64,000 bases of DNA from Candidatus Binatia bacterium (GCA_050015455.1 JBEKBJ010000003.1:36202-100201), one strand, 5' to 3'. Shown: positions 19,813 through 32,177, counted from the stretch's first letter. The notes: generated by a model from the letters alone, not told the origin. A program made the numbers and translations.

Positions 19813-22800
19813 TCACGGCCCCAGCTCACCGCTCGTCAACAACGAGGTAACGTTTCCGTTTGGCGAGGTGATTGTCACCGAAATGACCGCCGGCTCGTCA
19901 CTGGTCAGTCCGGTAGGAGCCGTGAGCACAAAGGTGAATTGCGTCAGGCCGCCCACCAACTGGTTGAATGACTCACCGTCCGGCACGGTGATGCCGCCGC
20001 CCGTCACGGTGCCATTGGACGCGCTGATGGCGATTGTCGATCCGCCGACCAGGGGGTTGACCAGATCGTCATGCACATTGATCGTAAATGACATTGATGC
20101 CCCGGTCGAGAGGTAGAACGAGTAACACGATCCTGGCGACCCTGGCAACGAGCACCCTTCCAGTACCGGCGCTTGCGTGGGGCCGGAGAAGGTCACGGGG
20201 ATGGCGCGCCACACCAGGATGTTGTTATCCCAGTACCCATGCGTGCCTTGCCCGATTCCAGTCGTGCCGACGCTGTCCCAGACCCCGTTCCCATTGGTGT
20301 CGACGAACAGTTCGAAGTCGTCCGTGACGTTGAACTGGTTGTCGCAAAGGGAGCTTGGCGGTGAGATCGGGCAGGTGGAGTCAGCTGGCGGGTAGGGCCG
20401 GAAGTCGATGAAGGGCTCGGGTATATCGTCCGTCAGGATGACGTCAGCTTGCGGGCCGGGTGCGGGCGGACACGGCGGAGCGTTGAAGCCGGGAGCGCAG
20501 TCGAAAATGCCATCGCCGTTGTTGTCCTTGAACGACTCTTCGCCATGAGTGAAGGCCATGACCGTCACGATGCCGGTCGGTGGGACGACTCCCTCGGTCA
20601 CCAACGTCGCGGTCGCGACGCCGGAGGCATCCGTGGTAGTTGGGCTGACCACGCTGGCGGCGTTGGTGACGAAGGACACTGCCGTTCCCGGCGGGACAGC
20701 GTTGCCGAACCGGTCGTTGACGTACGCCGAGATTTGATCCGACAGGCCGAACGTCACGCGGCCCTGAATGTTCAGCTGCTTCGCCGCGATACTGAAGTGA
20801 TTGTATGCTGGCGGCGCACCGAGGATGCTGACCGCCGTTGATTGCGCCGAAACTCCCGGGTTCGTCACCACGGTAGCGACTACCCGCACGGTCGTAGCCT
20901 GGATGCCACTGGTCACCGTGGTGCTGACCAGCCCGTTCTGATCACTCACCGCCGACAGCGGATTGAGGCTTTCCGATCCGCTGCCGGACAGCGTGAATTG
21001 GACAGCGACGCCAGACATGGGGTTGTTTGTGGTGCTGTTTACCTTGAAGACCAGCGTCGACTGTTCCGGCAGCCCGGAGCCACGCACACCAATGGACGGA
21101 GGCGTGGCGCCCAGGAATTGGATCGAGCCGGCCGGGGGTGTTGGGCTCAGCGTTGGAGTGCTCGGGGGCGTAAAGGTGGCCACGCCTGAGGGCCAAGGAC
21201 TCGGCGTCGCCGTGATGGTGGGCGTATTCGTTGGCGGTGGCGTCGCTGTCATTGTTGGCGTCGCCGTCGGCCGGGTGTCAGGCAACGTGATCGTCTTCTC
21301 CGCCTCGATCACCGCCCCCGTCGCGGTCGTGACGCGAGCACGGATAGTGATCGTGGTTCCCTGCATATCGTACACGTACTTGATGCACGCCAGAGCATCG
21401 CCCGGCTGTGGTGTGACGCTGAAGCTGATGGTGCAAGGCTGCGCCTCATTGGTGAATCCGGGGCTGGTGATCGACACACCCGAGACCGGATTCACCAGGC
21501 TGAACTCCACCGGCACGCCATCGGCGATGGTTGCACCGTTGGCGTCGGTCACCAGCGCGCTCACCACGCTGGAGAACGTCCCGTCACCATTATCGACGCG
21601 CTGGTTCTCGGCCAGATCCACATCGATGAAGGCCGCAGGCGGTCCCTGCTGCGTGACTCCAGCCGTCGCGATGCGGCCGAGCGCATCCGTAGCGGTGATC
21701 AAGAACGTCCCGACTTCGTTGCCGGCAGTGAAGGTGAACGAACCACCGGACGCCGGCACCACGGTCGTATTCAGACACCCGACTCCGCTGGCGGAGATCG
21801 TGAACGGCGCCGCCCCGCCGCTCACCACGAACGTTTGCGGGATGCCGTTACAATTGGGCGGTGGTTCAACTCCGGCCCACAGCGTCGCGCCGCTCGGTGC
21901 GATACTGGGAGGCTGTACGGTCGGTGTCGCAGTAGGCAGAACCGTGGGCGTCGACGTGATCGTCGGCGTGGCGGTGGGACGTGTATCGATGAGAATAATC
22001 TGCCGTTCGTCCGAAACGAAGCCGCCGGTCGCGGTTTGCACGGTTGCCTGCACGGTCACGGTCGTGCCCTGCAGTGCTGCAACATACTTAAGGCACGACA
22101 GCGCGTCACCGGGCTGCAGCACGATGCTGAAGTCGATCGTACATGGCTGCGCCTGGCCGGTGTATCCTGGGCTGGTCAGTGACACCCCAGAGACCGGATC
22201 GACCAAGGTGAATGTGACCGGCACTCCATCTCCAACGACGACGCCGGAGACATCGGTCACCAGGGCGCTCACGATCGTCGTGAAGGTCCCGTCCTGGTTG
22301 TTGGTCACGTGACTGAGGATCTGATCCAAGCGCACGTAAGCAGCGCCGGGGGTTGGCGGCACGGTCGCCGTCGCCGGCACGGTCGCCGATGCCGGCGGTG
22401 TGTTCGTAGGCAGCGGTGTGAGCGTGAACGTCGGGGTCGGAGGCCCTTGGACCGTGACCCCGGCCGATGCGGTCTTCCCTGCAGCGTCGGTCACGGTGAT
22501 GGTGAAGTTACCGAGCACGTTGCCCGCCGTGAAGATGAACGAGCCACCCGAAGCGGGAACGCTGCTGACGCTGACACAGCCGCCACCAGCAAACACGCTG
22601 AATGGTGGACTGCCGCCCGTAACCACGAAGGTCTGGGTTGCACCGTTGCAGCCGTTCGGCGGTGCGCCGTCGCCTGCAGCCAGGGTCGATTGGGTTGGCG
22701 CGATCATCGGTGGCTGCGGCGTCGGTGTGGGCGACGGAGCCAGTGTCGGAGTCGCCGTGGGAGTGAAAGTGGCGGTGATCGTCGGCGTCGGCGTCGGCAT

Positions 22801-25800
22801 CGCGAGGAAGGTGATGACATCGGATACCGTGACCGAGCCGTTGCCGCCGCCCGGCAGCGAATCCAAATCTGACGTGACCTTGATCGTGACGACGTCGACC
22901 TCGGACGTCGTGGACTGCGGCGCATTGTCGAGCACAGTGAAGTGGAACCGATTGATCCCGTCGATCAGCTGATCGAAGGTTATGGCGTCCGGTAAGGTGA
23001 AGTTGCTCAGGCCGATGACGCGGGCGCGACTGCCATCAACGGAGATGGCCACCGTCGACCCGCCGACGATCGGGTTTCCCACTCCCGTATTGACCAGCGG
23101 ATCGGGATTGTCGCTGACGATCAACGTGTAGTTGAGGGATCCGCCGGCCTCTATGGGACCAGTACTGCCCGGAATCAGCCAGACGCTGGTCGGTCCGGAG
23201 AAGGTAGTGCAAACGTTGTTGAACACCACCACCTGGTCGCCGCACGCCGGTGTTCCCGAGCCTTGATCGCTGTCCCACTTACCGTTGCCGTTGAGGTCGA
23301 TGAAGTCCTCACCGGGGTCGTAGGTGCCGTTGCAGTTGGCATCGTAGAACGGTTCCGGTATCGCCAGCAGCTGATCGCCGCTGTCGCACACGCCGTTACC
23401 GTTCACGTCGATAAAGGGCCGTTCTCCGCTACTGGTCGCCAGCGTGACGACGATCCCGTTGGCCGGGACGGGGGCTTGCGTCACGAGCGTTGCCGTCGCC
23501 TGGCCGAGATCGCTGGTGGTGGTGGGGTTGCCGATCGCGCCACCCTTGGTCGTGAAGTCGACGGTTGTCCCCGGCGGCACCGGATTTCCAAAGCGGTCGG
23601 CGACAAACGCGGTGATCGTATCGGCAATCCCATAGTAGACGCCGCCCGAAACGTTGGCTAACTTATGCACCACGCTGAAGTTCGGCTGCGACGGTGGCCC
23701 GCCGAGAATACTGACGGCCGCCGAGCGCACGATGAGCGGCGGCGACACGCTGTCGACTTCCGCTGTGACCTGGACGCTCATCGCCCGCTCACCGCTGGTC
23801 AACGTCACTTGCACATTGCCAGCACTGTCCGTCACCGCCTGCAGCGGCGAGATCTGCTCGTCTGCAATCCGCGCGATGGAAAAATTCACCGTGACTGCCG
23901 AGAGGGGAGCGCCCACGGCGTCCGTGACCTGGAAGGTGAGCACCGATTGCTCCGGCAAACCCGAACCGCGCACGCCGATGGTGGCAGGCTGCGCGCCGAG
24001 AAATTGCATCGCTCCAGGCTGAGCCACCGGCGTCGGTGTACCCGGTGTCGGTGTGGTGGTGGCTGTGACGTTGACGATGGGGACGGTAACGTCGGTGATC
24101 GGCAGGCCACCACCCCCCACCTGTACGGTCGCCGTGCCAGACTCCGTCCCGGCTGGAATAACCAAAGTGGCGCTCGCCTGGCCGTTACTGTCGGTCAGGG
24201 CCGACTGATCGATGGTGCCGACGGACGTAGTGAAGTGGATGCGCACGTTCTCAACCGGATCCAAGTTGGCATCGAACACCGAGACGCGGACGAGGGCAGG
24301 GGCGTCATCGGTGTTGTTGACGAGAACCGTGGCGGGTACCACCTTCACTTCCAAATCGCTGACCGCACCTGGCAGCGTGACTGCCTGGCCGCCTTGGTTA
24401 TCGACGCTGCCCACGGTGGCGTGTACCTGTATTTCCGTCGCCTGCAGCGCGATCGGGTATTTCACGCAGGTGATGGCATCGCCGAGCTCGAGTGAGATCG
24501 GCAGGCCGGTTTGGGTAACGTACTGACTGGTGTCACACGGCGGCTCCGCGTCGGTCACCGCACTGCCTGACAGGACCACGTTCTGCGCCGGATCGTCGGA
24601 GCCGTTTGTCAGCATGGCGAAGAACACGCCGGTCCCGTCTTCAACCGGATTACCCTGTGCGTCCGTGACGCTTGCGGTCAGCACAGTCAGCAGCGTGCCG
24701 TCATTGTTGTTGCTGAATTTCTGACTGATGCTGATCCCGATGTGGCTGGCTGGCCCCGAGGAGACGGTCACCACCGTCTGCTGCTCGCTGAGCGGTGCAG
24801 GCACACCGTATACTGTGGTATCCGCGCAAGCTGCAATCGTTATCGGGCCGGGTTGCGGGCCGGCGTGCACCTGGATGACGGCAACTCCTGCAACGTCGGA
24901 AACCGAGACCGGGTCGTCCGCTGCGCACAGCGTCGTAGGGATAGGCGTCGGCGAGCTGGTCGGCACTGGTGTCGTCACAGGCAGAATGGCAGCGCCGGCA
25001 GCACTCGCTGCGGCGACAACGTGGTAGTGGACGTTGACGCCACTCAGCGGATTGCCGTTGTTGTCGAATACGCGGCCGATGACGGTGGCCAGCTCCGTCC
25101 CGCCCGTACCCGCCACTTGGATATGGGTCGGGCTCGCACCAAGCGTGATAGCAGCCGGTTCCCCTGGTGGCACGCCAGGATTGACCGTACCCGAGCCGGC
25201 CACGACCGTGATCGTCGCCGAACCGGATACACTTCCGGCTACCGCGCTGACGGTGAAGGGTCCTTCCGGCATACCGACGGGCACCTGCAACACCGAGGTC
25301 GCAACGCCGCTCTGCGTCTGGTCCGTCAGCGGATTCACGTAGCCTGCCGGCGTAACGAACAACACGTCGATACCGTTGATTGGAGCGTTGTCGGCGTCGA
25401 GCACCGCCGCGGTGAGATTAATCGCGCCGCCCGAGAGATTGCCTACCGTGGATGGGTCGGCTTGCAAGACCACGGTCGCGACCGGTTTCGTACTGACACC
25501 GGCGACCACGTTGACCGAAACGTTGCCGGTCTTGCCGCACGCCTGAGCTGAGACGGCCAGGGAACCGACGCTCGAGTTCACCGGAATGTTCAGCGTGGTC
25601 ATCGCCGTGCCGTTGTTGTCGGTCGTCTGCACCAATTGGCTGAACGACGCCGCGTTTCCCGGTTGCACCTCGAAAAGGATGGCGACTCCCGCCACTCGGA
25701 TGTTGTTCGAATCGAAGGCGATCGCAGTAATCTTAGCGCTGCCACCCGTCTGGCTGCTCACGTTCGGCGTGTCGGTCTGGACAATGATCGTCTGCACGAC

Positions 25801-26490
25801 TGCACACGGCTCGGGGGTCGGTGTCACCGTTGGGGTCCAAGTCGGCGTCGGGGTCGGGGTCGGCGTTGGCGTCGGGGTCGGGGTTGGTATCGGGGTCCAA
25901 GTCGGCGTCGGCGTCAGGCTCGGGGTTGGTGTCGGCGTCAGGGTCGGGGTTAGCGTCGGCGTCACTGAGGGCGTCGGTGTCACTGAGGGCGTCGGCGTCG
26001 GCGTGCTCGTCGCGGTTGGTGCGGGGCCCACAGAGACCCTCAGCGTCACTGACAGCCCATTGAGCGGTGACGTCGGGTCTATAACGCCGACTGTCAAGGG
26101 GTAAAGTCCGGCCGCTGGGGCCAGAGCGGAGCCGCTAAATGAGCCGTCACCACCGGTAATACCGACGCTGCCAGGAGACAACACGGTCAAGTTTGTTGTG
26201 ATCGCCACCTCTTGACCGGCAACGGGATGACCCTGGGAGTCTTTCAGGAACACGCTGAATGCAGTGGTGTCACCCGCCGCGAGTTCGACGTTCTGAATGC
26301 ATAACGTTATCGCCCCGGCATTAGAGCTCTCGGTCCATTGATTGGGACACACTGGCAGGGGGGTCGGCGTCAATTGCCCGGTCTGCGAGGAGCTGGTGCT
26401 GCTGCCGCCGCCACCACCCCCGCAGCTACTCACCAGCAGCACCAGGCCCGCTGCCAGACCCAATCTAGCCATCCCCATCCGGCGTCCCAT
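19813..26490 (-). CDS. Giant (2225 aa) surface lipoprotein built from repeated bacterial Ig-like (Big/invasin-like) modules and TP-rich linkers
   Basis: Lipobox LLVSSC followed by a Gly/Ser linker. Modules of the type [18 protein letters not shown] / [15 protein letters not shown] resemble Big_1 (invasin/intimin Ig-like) domains. Large internal duplications are present (e.g. [29 protein letters not shown]... and [29 protein letters not shown]...). Confidence 0.75.
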   Translation of the reverse strand: MGRRMGMARLGLAAGLVLLVSSCGGGGGGSSTSSSQTGQLTPTPLPVCPNQWTESSNAGAITLCIQNVELAAGDTTAFSVFLKDSQGHPVAGQEVAITTNLTVLSPGSVGITGGDGSFSGSALAPAAGLYPLTVGVIDPTSPLNGLSVTLRVSVGPAPTATSTPTPTPSVTPTPSVTPTLTPTLTPTPTPSLTPTPTWTPIPTPTPTPTPTPTPTPTWTPTVTPTPEPCAVVQTIIVQTDTPNVSSQTGGSAKITAIAFDSNNIRVAGVAILFEVQPGNAASFSQLVQTTDNNGTAMTTLNIPVNSSVGSLAVSAQACGKTGNVSVNVVAGVSTKPVATVVLQADPSTVGNLSGGAINLTAAVLDADNAPINGIDVLFVTPAGYVNPLTDQTQSGVATSVLQVPVGMPEGPFTVSAVAGSVSGSATITVVAGSGTVNPGVPPGEPAAITLGASPTHIQVAGTGGTELATVIGRVFDNNGNPLSGVNVHYHVVAAASAAGAAILPVTTPVPTSSPTPIPTTLCAADDPVSVSDVAGVAVIQVHAGPQPGPITIAACADTTVYGVPAPLSEQQTVVTVSSGPASHIGISISQKFSNNNDGTLLTVLTASVTDAQGNPVEDGTGVFFAMLTNGSDDPAQNVVLSGSAVTDAEPPCDTSQYVTQTGLPISLELGDAITCVKYPIALQATEIQVHATVGSVDNQGGQAVTLPGAVSDLEVKVVPATVLVNNTDDAPALVRVSVFDANLDPVENVRIHFTTSVGTIDQSALTDSNGQASATLVIPAGTESGTATVQVGGGGLPITDVTVPIVNVTATTTPTPGTPTPVAQPGAMQFLGAQPATIGVRGSGLPEQSVLTFQVTDAVGAPLSAVTVNFSIARIADEQISPLQAVTDSAGNVQVTLTSGERAMSVQVTAEVDSVSPPLIVRSAAVSILGGPPSQPNFSVVHKLANVSGGVYYGIADTITAFVADRFGNPVPPGTTVDFTTKGGAIGNPTTTSDLGQATATLVTQAPVPANGIVVTLATSSGERPFIDVNGNGVCDSGDQLLAIPEPFYDANCNGTYDPGEDFIDLNGNGKWDSDQGSGTPACGDQVVVFNNVCTTFSGPTSVWLIPGSTGPIEAGGSLNYTLIVSDNPDPLVNTGVGNPIVGGSTVAISVDGSRARVIGLSNFTLPDAITFDQLIDGINRFHFTVLDNAPQSTTSEVDVVTIKVTSDLDSLPGGGNGSVTVSDVITFLAMPTPTPTITATFTPTATPTLAPSPTPTPQPPMIAPTQSTLAAGDGAPPNGCNGATQTFVVTGGSPPFSVFAGGGCVSVSSVPASGGSFIFTAGNVLGNFTITVTDAAGKTASAGVTVQGPPTPTFTLTPLPTNTPPASATVPATATVPPTPGAAYVRLDQILSHVTNNQDGTFTTIVSALVTDVSGVVVGDGVPVTFTLVDPVSGVSLTSPGYTGQAQPCTIDFSIVLQPGDALSCLKYVAALQGTTVTVQATVQTATGGFVSDERQIILIDTRPTATPTITSTPTVLPTATPTVQPPSIAPSGATLWAGVEPPPNCNGIPQTFVVSGGAAPFTISASGVGCLNTTVVPASGGSFTFTAGNEVGTFLITATDALGRIATAGVTQQGPPAAFIDVDLAENQRVDNGDGTFSSVVSALVTDANGATIADGVPVEFSLVNPVSGVSITSPGFTNEAQPCTISFSVTPQPGDALACIKYVYDMQGTTITIRARVTTATGAVIEAEKTITLPDTRPTATPTMTATPPPTNTPTITATPSPWPSGVATFTPPSTPTLSPTPPAGSIQFLGATPPSIGVRGSGLPEQSTLVFKVNSTTNNPMSGVAVQFTLSGSGSESLNPLSAVSDQNGLVSTTVTSGIQATTVRVVATVVTNPGVSAQSTAVSILGAPPAYNHFSIAAKQLNIQGRVTFGLSDQISAYVNDRFGNAVPPGTAVSFVTNAASVVSPTTTDASGVATATLVTEGVVPPTGIVTVMAFTHGEESFKDNNGDGIFDCAPGFNAPPCPPAPGPQADVILTDDIPEPFIDFRPYPPADSTCPISPPSSLCDNQFNVTDDFELFVDTNGNGVWDSVGTTGIGQGTHGYWDNNILVWRAIPVTFSGPTQAPVLEGCSLPGSPGSCYSFYLSTGASMSFTINVHDDLVNPLVGGSTIAISASNGTVTGGGITVPDGESFNQLVGGLTQFTFVLTAPTGLTSDEPAVISVTITSPNGNVTSLLTSGELGP

Positions 26491-26531
26491 CGTTCGCCTC
26501 CTCGCGTTGCGTCAATTAAAGTGGCAGCGCC

Positions 26532-27167
26532 TCATCCACTAGTGCAGTTGTCATAGTCGGCAAAGGTCACCGTGTAACCGGCGCTGGTCTGGAATGTGTG
26601 GACCGCGTCGAACGCGGAGAAGGTGATGGTTACGTTGTAGGTACCCTGCCGGTTAAGGAAGAATCCCTTATCGCTGAAATCGAAAAGGAGGATGCCGTTG
26701 ATGGTTGTCTCGGTATGCACACAGCTCCCGGCGGTCGTACTCGAGGCGCTGATGCAATCGGCATCAGCTGAGCACTGCTGGTCGATATTGCTGCAGCGCC
26801 CGCCGGGGAGAACGCCGCCCAGCTGGTGTGTGATCGTTGCGACGCTGCCCGCCGGCCCGACGGCAATGACCACTTGCTGCAGATGCAGGTCGGCCGCTTC
26901 GTTGTTGCGGAACGTGGCGTTGATGATCGTCTGGGTAAAAGACTCGTAATCAGAGCAGCTGCCATCTTCCGCTTCCACACAGCAGTCCTGCAAGACATCT
27001 ACGTCCGCGCTGGTTGCCCTCACCGAGTCAGCTTGGGTAATCCCGTTACTGTCGAAGCCCACGAACTGGAAGACCAGCGCATCGTCGTTCCCACTCGTTG
27101 AGCCGCACCCCGTCACCACCGCCGCCACCAACGCGACACCCATCATTCGCCCGCACAGCCACCGCAT
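26532..27167 (-). CDS. Cys-rich lipoprotein of unknown function
   Basis: Lipobox VVTGC and 13 Cys over about 190 mature residues. It sits 41 nt upstream of, and co-directional with, the giant lipoprotein gene. Confidence 0.55.
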   Translation of the reverse strand: MRWLCGRMMGVALVAAVVTGCGSTSGNDDALVFQFVGFDSNGITQADSVRATSADVDVLQDCCVEAEDGSCSDYESFTQTIINATFRNNEAADLHLQQVVIAVGPAGSVATITHQLGGVLPGGRCSNIDQQCSADADCISASSTTAGSCVHTETTINGILLFDFSDKGFFLNRQGTYNVTITFSAFDAVHTFQTSAGYTVTFADYDNCTSG

Positions 27168-27194
27168 GAGTTCCTCCCTGTTGTGCGCGCCGGC

Positions 27195-28286
27195 TCAGGC
27201 CACCGCCAGCGCTGCCACCTCCGACGCGGCCAAACGTTCGAAGCGCGCGTGCCCCACGTTCTCAACGCAGACGAACTTGACCTTGCCACTTGTCACTTTC
27301 TTGTCGCCTTCAATTACCTGGGCCAGCTGCGGCGCAGAAAATTCTGGCGGCACTTCCAGCGGAAGGCCGGCCCGTTTCAGCAGCTGCCCTATTCGCTGCA
27401 CGGTTTCTTCGCTGCAGTAGCCGCGCACGAAGGAGAGCTTGGCAGCAAAGGCCATGCCGATTGCCACAGCTTCCCCGTGCAGGTAGCGCTGATAACGAGT
27501 GAGCGCTTCAAGGGCGTGAGCAAGCGTGTGCCCGAAGTTCAGAATCGAACGGTAGTCCGCCTCGCGCTCGTCGCGATGCACCACCACGGCTTTCAGGGCG
27601 CAACAGCGCCGCACTACGGAGCCCAACAAGTCCTCATCCACGGACAAGATGCGATCGAGTTGGGTTTCGATAACTGCAAACAGCTCCGCGTCCAGGATCA
27701 CCCCGTACTTGATGACTTCCGCCAAGCCCGCGAGCAACTCCCGACGCGGCAAGGTCTTCAGTGTGCTGATATCGATGAGGACGAGGCGTGGTTGATAGAA
27801 GGCCCCGATCAGGTTTTTCCCAACCGGATGATTGATCCCCGTTTTGCCGCCGACGCTCGCATCCACTTGCGCCAGCAGTGTGGTCGGGAGTTGGATGAAT
27901 GGTACGCCGCGTAAGAGTGTGGCGGCCGCAAGACCCGCGAGGTCGCCAATGACACCGCCACCCAGCGCAAGGATGGGAGAGGCGCGCTCGAGGAGCCCTC
28001 CGAGGAGGCGATCATAGATCAACGCCAGCGACGCCAAGTTCTTGTACTCCTCACCGTCTGGGATTTCGACGACAGTGACGCGATAGCCTGCATGGCGCAG
28101 CGAGGTCTCAACCGTTTCCAGATAGAGCTTGCCGACGGTTGGATTGGTGATGATGGCAGCGGCACCGGTGCCGAGCGTTGCCGTCAGCTGCGCACCGGTC
28201 TCCTTGAGCAAGCCACTGCCGATGATGATCGGGTATGAGCGGTCGCCGAGCTCTACCGTTACCGTGTCAGTAGGAGGACCGGACAC
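27195..28286 (-). CDS. aroB: 3-dehydroquinate synthase
   Basis: NAD/metal-binding pattern (GGGVIGDLAGLAAATLLRGVPFIQLPTTLLAQVDASVGGKTG). Confidence 0.9.
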   Translation of the reverse strand: MSGPPTDTVTVELGDRSYPIIIGSGLLKETGAQLTATLGTGAAAIITNPTVGKLYLETVETSLRHAGYRVTVVEIPDGEEYKNLASLALIYDRLLGGLLERASPILALGGGVIGDLAGLAAATLLRGVPFIQLPTTLLAQVDASVGGKTGINHPVGKNLIGAFYQPRLVLIDISTLKTLPRRELLAGLAEVIKYGVILDAELFAVIETQLDRILSVDEDLLGSVVRRCCALKAVVVHRDEREADYRSILNFGHTLAHALEALTRYQRYLHGEAVAIGMAFAAKLSFVRGYCSEETVQRIGQLLKRAGLPLEVPPEFSAPQLAQVIEGDKKVTSGKVKFVCVENVGHARFERLAASEVAALAVA

Positions 28287-28310
28287 CTGGTGCTCCGGAG
28301 CGTGGCGGCT

Positions 28311-30449
28311 CTACTCGCGGTGCGTCCATAACTCTGCAGCCGAGGGCAGACCCGGATGCGAACTGCCCATCACGCGGGGCGTTAAGAATACGAGTAGGTC
28401 TTCACGAGCGTCGGTCTTGTTGTGATCCTGGAACAGCCAACCAAGCCCCGGGATATCCTTGAAGAACGGCAGTCCTGTGCGGGTATCAGAGAAGTTGTCG
28501 CGGTAGATGCCGCCCAACACGACCGTTTGGCCATCCTTGATCAGAATGTGCGAGTTGGCCTCGCGGCTGATCTCAGTCGGAATGTTGTCGACCTCGCGGG
28601 TGAAATCCGCCTGGCTCGATTTGGCGTATATGTCGAGGAGCACGTAACCGTCGGAGGACACCTGCGGCGTCACAGTCAAGATAATTCCCGTCTCGATCTT
28701 TTCCGTTGCCGTCGAGGAGGCGCTAGCAGCGCCCCCGGCCCCGGTATTGATGATTGTGCCGGTCCCTGGCAACATCACGCGCAGGATCGTTAGACTCTTT
28801 ATGTTAGCAGCGACGTTGTTCAGGGTCACGACGCGCGGACGCGAGATTATCTTCGCTTTTCCCTGTGACTCGAGCGCCGAGATCCGTAGGTCCAGCGCCT
28901 GACTGTTATCGATCGAACCGAGCGCCAAATCGAGTGCACCGCCGGACCCGGGTGTTACGGCGGCAGGGAAGTCGACCATGAACGGCACACCGTTCGCCCC
29001 GGTGTTGAGACCCGAGCCGCCGAGCCCGATCGTGCCGGGGAAATTGACCCCGGTGGGGTTCCCCGTCTGCGGACCGGCCGAGTTCCGGTAGCCCCACTGG
29101 ACGCCAAGGTCCTGGGCAAAGTTCGTCGTCGCTTCGACGATATTGGATTCGATCAGCACCTGCGGCGTTTGCACGTCGAGCCGGCGCACCAGCTCGCGGG
29201 CATTGTCGATACCGCGCTCGATATCCCGCACCACCAGAGTGTTGGAGAACTCATCCACGAAGACGCTGCCGCGGCTGCTTAGGAGGCCCATTTCCGTCTG
29301 TGTTGTGCTGCCCGACGGACGGGTGGCACCCGTAAGGCCAGTGGCGCGGCCGCTGATGATCTCGGCAAGCTTGGTCGCCTTGGCGTAGTTGACGCGAATG
29401 TATTCCACCCGCAGCGGCTCCACCGCCTTCGCCGCCTCCTGCGCCTTCTGCAGCTCCTCGCGCTCCTCCCGCAAACGCTTCACCGTCGAAATGCGGATGA
29501 GGTTGCCTTCCTGCTCGCTTTCGAGATTCAGCACTTGGAGGACGATATCGAGCGCCTGATCCCAGGGCACATCGAAAAGGCGCAGCGTGACCTTGCCCCG
29601 CACTTCGTCGGTGGCCACGATGTTGAGTTTGCTGACCTCAGCGAGCAAGCGCAGCACGTTATGGACATCGGCGTCTTTGAAGTCGAGGGAGACGTGCTGC
29701 CCATGGTAAGCCTGATGCGGGACAACCTGCTCCAGTTTTGGGTTCGGCTCCCCGGTTGGCGCTCCCGCCGGGGCTTCTCGCGTGATGCCAGGCGTTGGCC
29801 GTGCGAGAGACGGCAACGGCCGCGTTTCGGGTGGTGGACCGAGCTGTGCGGCGGGTTCATTCCGTACGGTCTCGACCGCTCGGCGGGTAAAGACCACTTG
29901 CTCGCGCACCGGCTGCGTCCCTCCGGTCGGCTCGCCGAGAAAAGCGATGACCGTATCGTTTAAGTTATCAACCGTATAGGTCGGTACCGTTGTGCCGTGC
30001 AGTTCGAGTGTGAGCCGAATCTTGCCCTCATGTCGGGCGACGCGGACACCGGCGATCACGGCATCGTTCACCGTATACTTCTCTGCGGTGGTCTCACCGT
30101 CGCCTTCTGCTCCGGCAACATCGATGACCAGACGGGTGGGCTGCGTCAAGGCGTAATGCGTCACCCCGGCCGGCGAGCGGTTCAACTTGACGAACAAACC
30201 GTGCTGGCCGTTGTCTTCGATGAGTTTGATTTCACGAACGTCGAGTGTCTCCGCGACCGGCGCAGCCCCGGGCTGGGGCAGCGCGGTCTCGGTGAGTTCG
30301 CCCTGCCCCGCAGCTTGCACGGGGGAGCTTGCGGACACCACCGGTTGGTCTTGCGATACGATGACACGCGGCGCGCAACCCGCGAACGCGACGACGCTGA
30401 ACACGGCGAGACCCCACTGAACCACACCCAACCCGCTCCATCGCATCAT
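28311..30449 (-). CDS. pilQ: Type IV pilus secretin PilQ (AMIN domains, N-domains, secretin core)
   Basis: N-terminal AMIN-like repeats and a C-terminal secretin motif (VVLGGIYRD...GLPFFKDIPGLGWLF). Confidence 0.9.
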   Translation of the reverse strand: MMRWSGLGVVQWGLAVFSVVAFAGCAPRVIVSQDQPVVSASSPVQAAGQGELTETALPQPGAAPVAETLDVREIKLIEDNGQHGLFVKLNRSPAGVTHYALTQPTRLVIDVAGAEGDGETTAEKYTVNDAVIAGVRVARHEGKIRLTLELHGTTVPTYTVDNLNDTVIAFLGEPTGGTQPVREQVVFTRRAVETVRNEPAAQLGPPPETRPLPSLARPTPGITREAPAGAPTGEPNPKLEQVVPHQAYHGQHVSLDFKDADVHNVLRLLAEVSKLNIVATDEVRGKVTLRLFDVPWDQALDIVLQVLNLESEQEGNLIRISTVKRLREEREELQKAQEAAKAVEPLRVEYIRVNYAKATKLAEIISGRATGLTGATRPSGSTTQTEMGLLSSRGSVFVDEFSNTLVVRDIERGIDNARELVRRLDVQTPQVLIESNIVEATTNFAQDLGVQWGYRNSAGPQTGNPTGVNFPGTIGLGGSGLNTGANGVPFMVDFPAAVTPGSGGALDLALGSIDNSQALDLRISALESQGKAKIISRPRVVTLNNVAANIKSLTILRVMLPGTGTIINTGAGGAASASSTATEKIETGIILTVTPQVSSDGYVLLDIYAKSSQADFTREVDNIPTEISREANSHILIKDGQTVVLGGIYRDNFSDTRTGLPFFKDIPGLGWLFQDHNKTDAREDLLVFLTPRVMGSSHPGLPSAAELWTHRE

Positions 30450-30919
30450 TTCCGCTCCTGTCCTGGTTGACTGGGACCCTCCTCCTTAGGTGTTTCCATC
30501 ACGATCCGATTGATCTGTTCGCGACCGTAGAAGTCGAGGACGCGCTCCTCCACCAGAACGCGTTGCAGCTCGATAGCCGTCACAACTCCGCCGTTGTGCC
30601 CGATCGGGGTCCCCAGGGTGATGATGTACCCCATGCCGAAGCTGTCCTCCACCATGGCGCGCGGGGGGCTGGCGTCCCACACCGTAGCCACCACAGTGAG
30701 CTGACCGAGTTCGTAGCGTTGTAGTGGGGTTACCGGGCTGTGGGTTTCCGGGCGCACATCTAGCGCGAACGGGCGGAAGGGGTCGCGCAGCGGTTGCGCC
30801 GGTGCAACGTCGGCTTGGCCGGAGCTGCTGCCAGCAGCCGGTGAGGCCCCTTCCGCGCCATATACCGGTCCACTCAAGAGGAGCACAAGCAGCGCCAGCA
30901 TCGGCCACAACACGGTCAC
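30446..30919 (-). CDS. pilP: Type IV pilus assembly protein PilP
   Basis: Position in the pilMNOPQ array and a signal peptide followed by a beta-rich C-domain. Confidence 0.75.
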   Translation of the reverse strand: MTVLWPMLALLVLLLSGPVYGAEGASPAAGSSSGQADVAPAQPLRDPFRPFALDVRPETHSPVTPLQRYELGQLTVVATVWDASPPRAMVEDSFGMGYIITLGTPIGHNGGVVTAIELQRVLVEERVLDFYGREQINRIVMETPKEEGPSQPGQERK

Positions 30920-31536
30920 GGCTTGCCCCCTTTCTCCTTTTGTTTAGCGATGCGCTCACGTTCGGCCTCGTCCAGAAAACGAAAGGTCACAGCCGCACAC
31001 GACGTGTCTAGGATCAGGCCCTCGTTTTGCGCTTGGGCTATGTTCTTGATCGCGACGTTGGTAACGTTCACGATCCTGGCCATGTGTGACACCTTGTCGA
31101 AGAAAGTTGTCACCTGGTTGTACGTGCCGCGGACCGAAATATCGACGGGCACCGCAGCGTAGAAATCTTCGAACTGCTCCGGCCCCTGCTTGAACTGGAT
31201 GATATCGAGTCCCGACTCGCGTCCGAGCGAGGAAATATTGCTCAGGAGATCCGGGATTTCTTTCGTGTCGGGAAGTTGCGCGATGGCGGAACGTAAGTCC
31301 CCGTTCAGCTTAGCCACTTCAGCGCGAGCATGGTCGAGATTTGCCACCAACCCTGCTTTGCGATCGCGTTCCTGACGGAGCGCATCTCGTTTTTGCTCTT
31401 TCTCCGCGATCGCGGCGCTCCCCGGCCAGTAAATGAAGTACACAAATGCGAGGAAAAGAGCCGCCAGGCCGCCGACCAACAGCAACACGCGCTGGCGTGG
31501 CGGCAGTTCGAAGATTCGTTCGAGCAGCTCGTTCAT
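30916..31536 (-). CDS. pilO: Type IV pilus assembly protein PilO
   Basis: Single TM, coiled-coil, and a PilO C-domain (ISVRGTYNQVTTFFDKVSHMARIVNV). Confidence 0.8.
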   Translation of the reverse strand: MNELLERIFELPPRQRVLLLVGGLAALFLAFVYFIYWPGSAAIAEKEQKRDALRQERDRKAGLVANLDHARAEVAKLNGDLRSAIAQLPDTKEIPDLLSNISSLGRESGLDIIQFKQGPEQFEDFYAAVPVDISVRGTYNQVTTFFDKVSHMARIVNVTNVAIKNIAQAQNEGLILDTSCAAVTFRFLDEAERERIAKQKEKGGKP

Positions 31537-31544
31537 AGGCGGTA

Positions 31545-32177
31545 CTACGTTCCGGTCTTGCCCGCAGCCGGTGGCGTCCCGCTCGGCGGCGCTTCCGCCT
31601 TTCCGCCCGCACCGAGGTAGTCGAGGTGTGCCTTGATGATGAACCTCTTGAAGCCGCTCACAGCGGTGTTGTTGGCCACGCCCCGCACCGCCTCGCTCTG
31701 CGATGTTTCAACCAAATCGACTTCGAAGAAATACTTGGAGGCTTGCAACTGCCGCATGAACACGGCGATCGTTTGGTTATCGAGCGCGATGCCGGTGATG
31801 GTCGCCTGCGCCTTGACCTCAGTGAAGTCGACCAGCCACAGCTTCTCCGGGGCGGCGCTGCTCAGGTCCTCGAGGACGCGCACCGGGCCGACACGCTTCT
31901 GATTGAGATCGTCTATCACCTTCAACTTGGCTTCGAGCTCTTTGCGCTTTCTGTCGAGATCACGGACCTCCTGTGTTTGCGCGTCGAACTTCGTGATTTG
32001 GGCACGCAGCTGCTCAATATCCGCGTCCAGGCGTCGCGACGTGCGTCCCTGCAGCATGTACGGAATGATCATCACCAGCAGTGTCAGGAAGAAGCCGAGC
32101 AACGCAACGGAGAGCTGTTGGCGCAGGGCGATCGCCCGCTGCACATCTTTGACCGGCAAGAGGTTTATCCTGATCAT
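31545..32177 (-). CDS. pilN: Type IV pilus assembly protein PilN
   Basis: MIRINLLP N-terminus typical of PilN and a single TM. Confidence 0.8.
   Translation of the reverse strand: MIRINLLPVKDVQRAIALRQQLSVALLGFFLTLLVMIIPYMLQGRTSRRLDADIEQLRAQITKFDAQTQEVRDLDRKRKELEAKLKVIDDLNQKRVGPVRVLEDLSSAAPEKLWLVDFTEVKAQATITGIALDNQTIAVFMRQLQASKYFFEVDLVETSQSEAVRGVANNTAVSGFKRFIIKAHLDYLGAGGKAEAPPSGTPPAAGKTGT

Noticed and set aside
20963-22312. 449-aa + strand ORF plus other long + strand ORFs across 20-26 kb
   Set aside because: They are antisense to the giant Ig-like lipoprotein gene, and their reading frames mirror its repeats.
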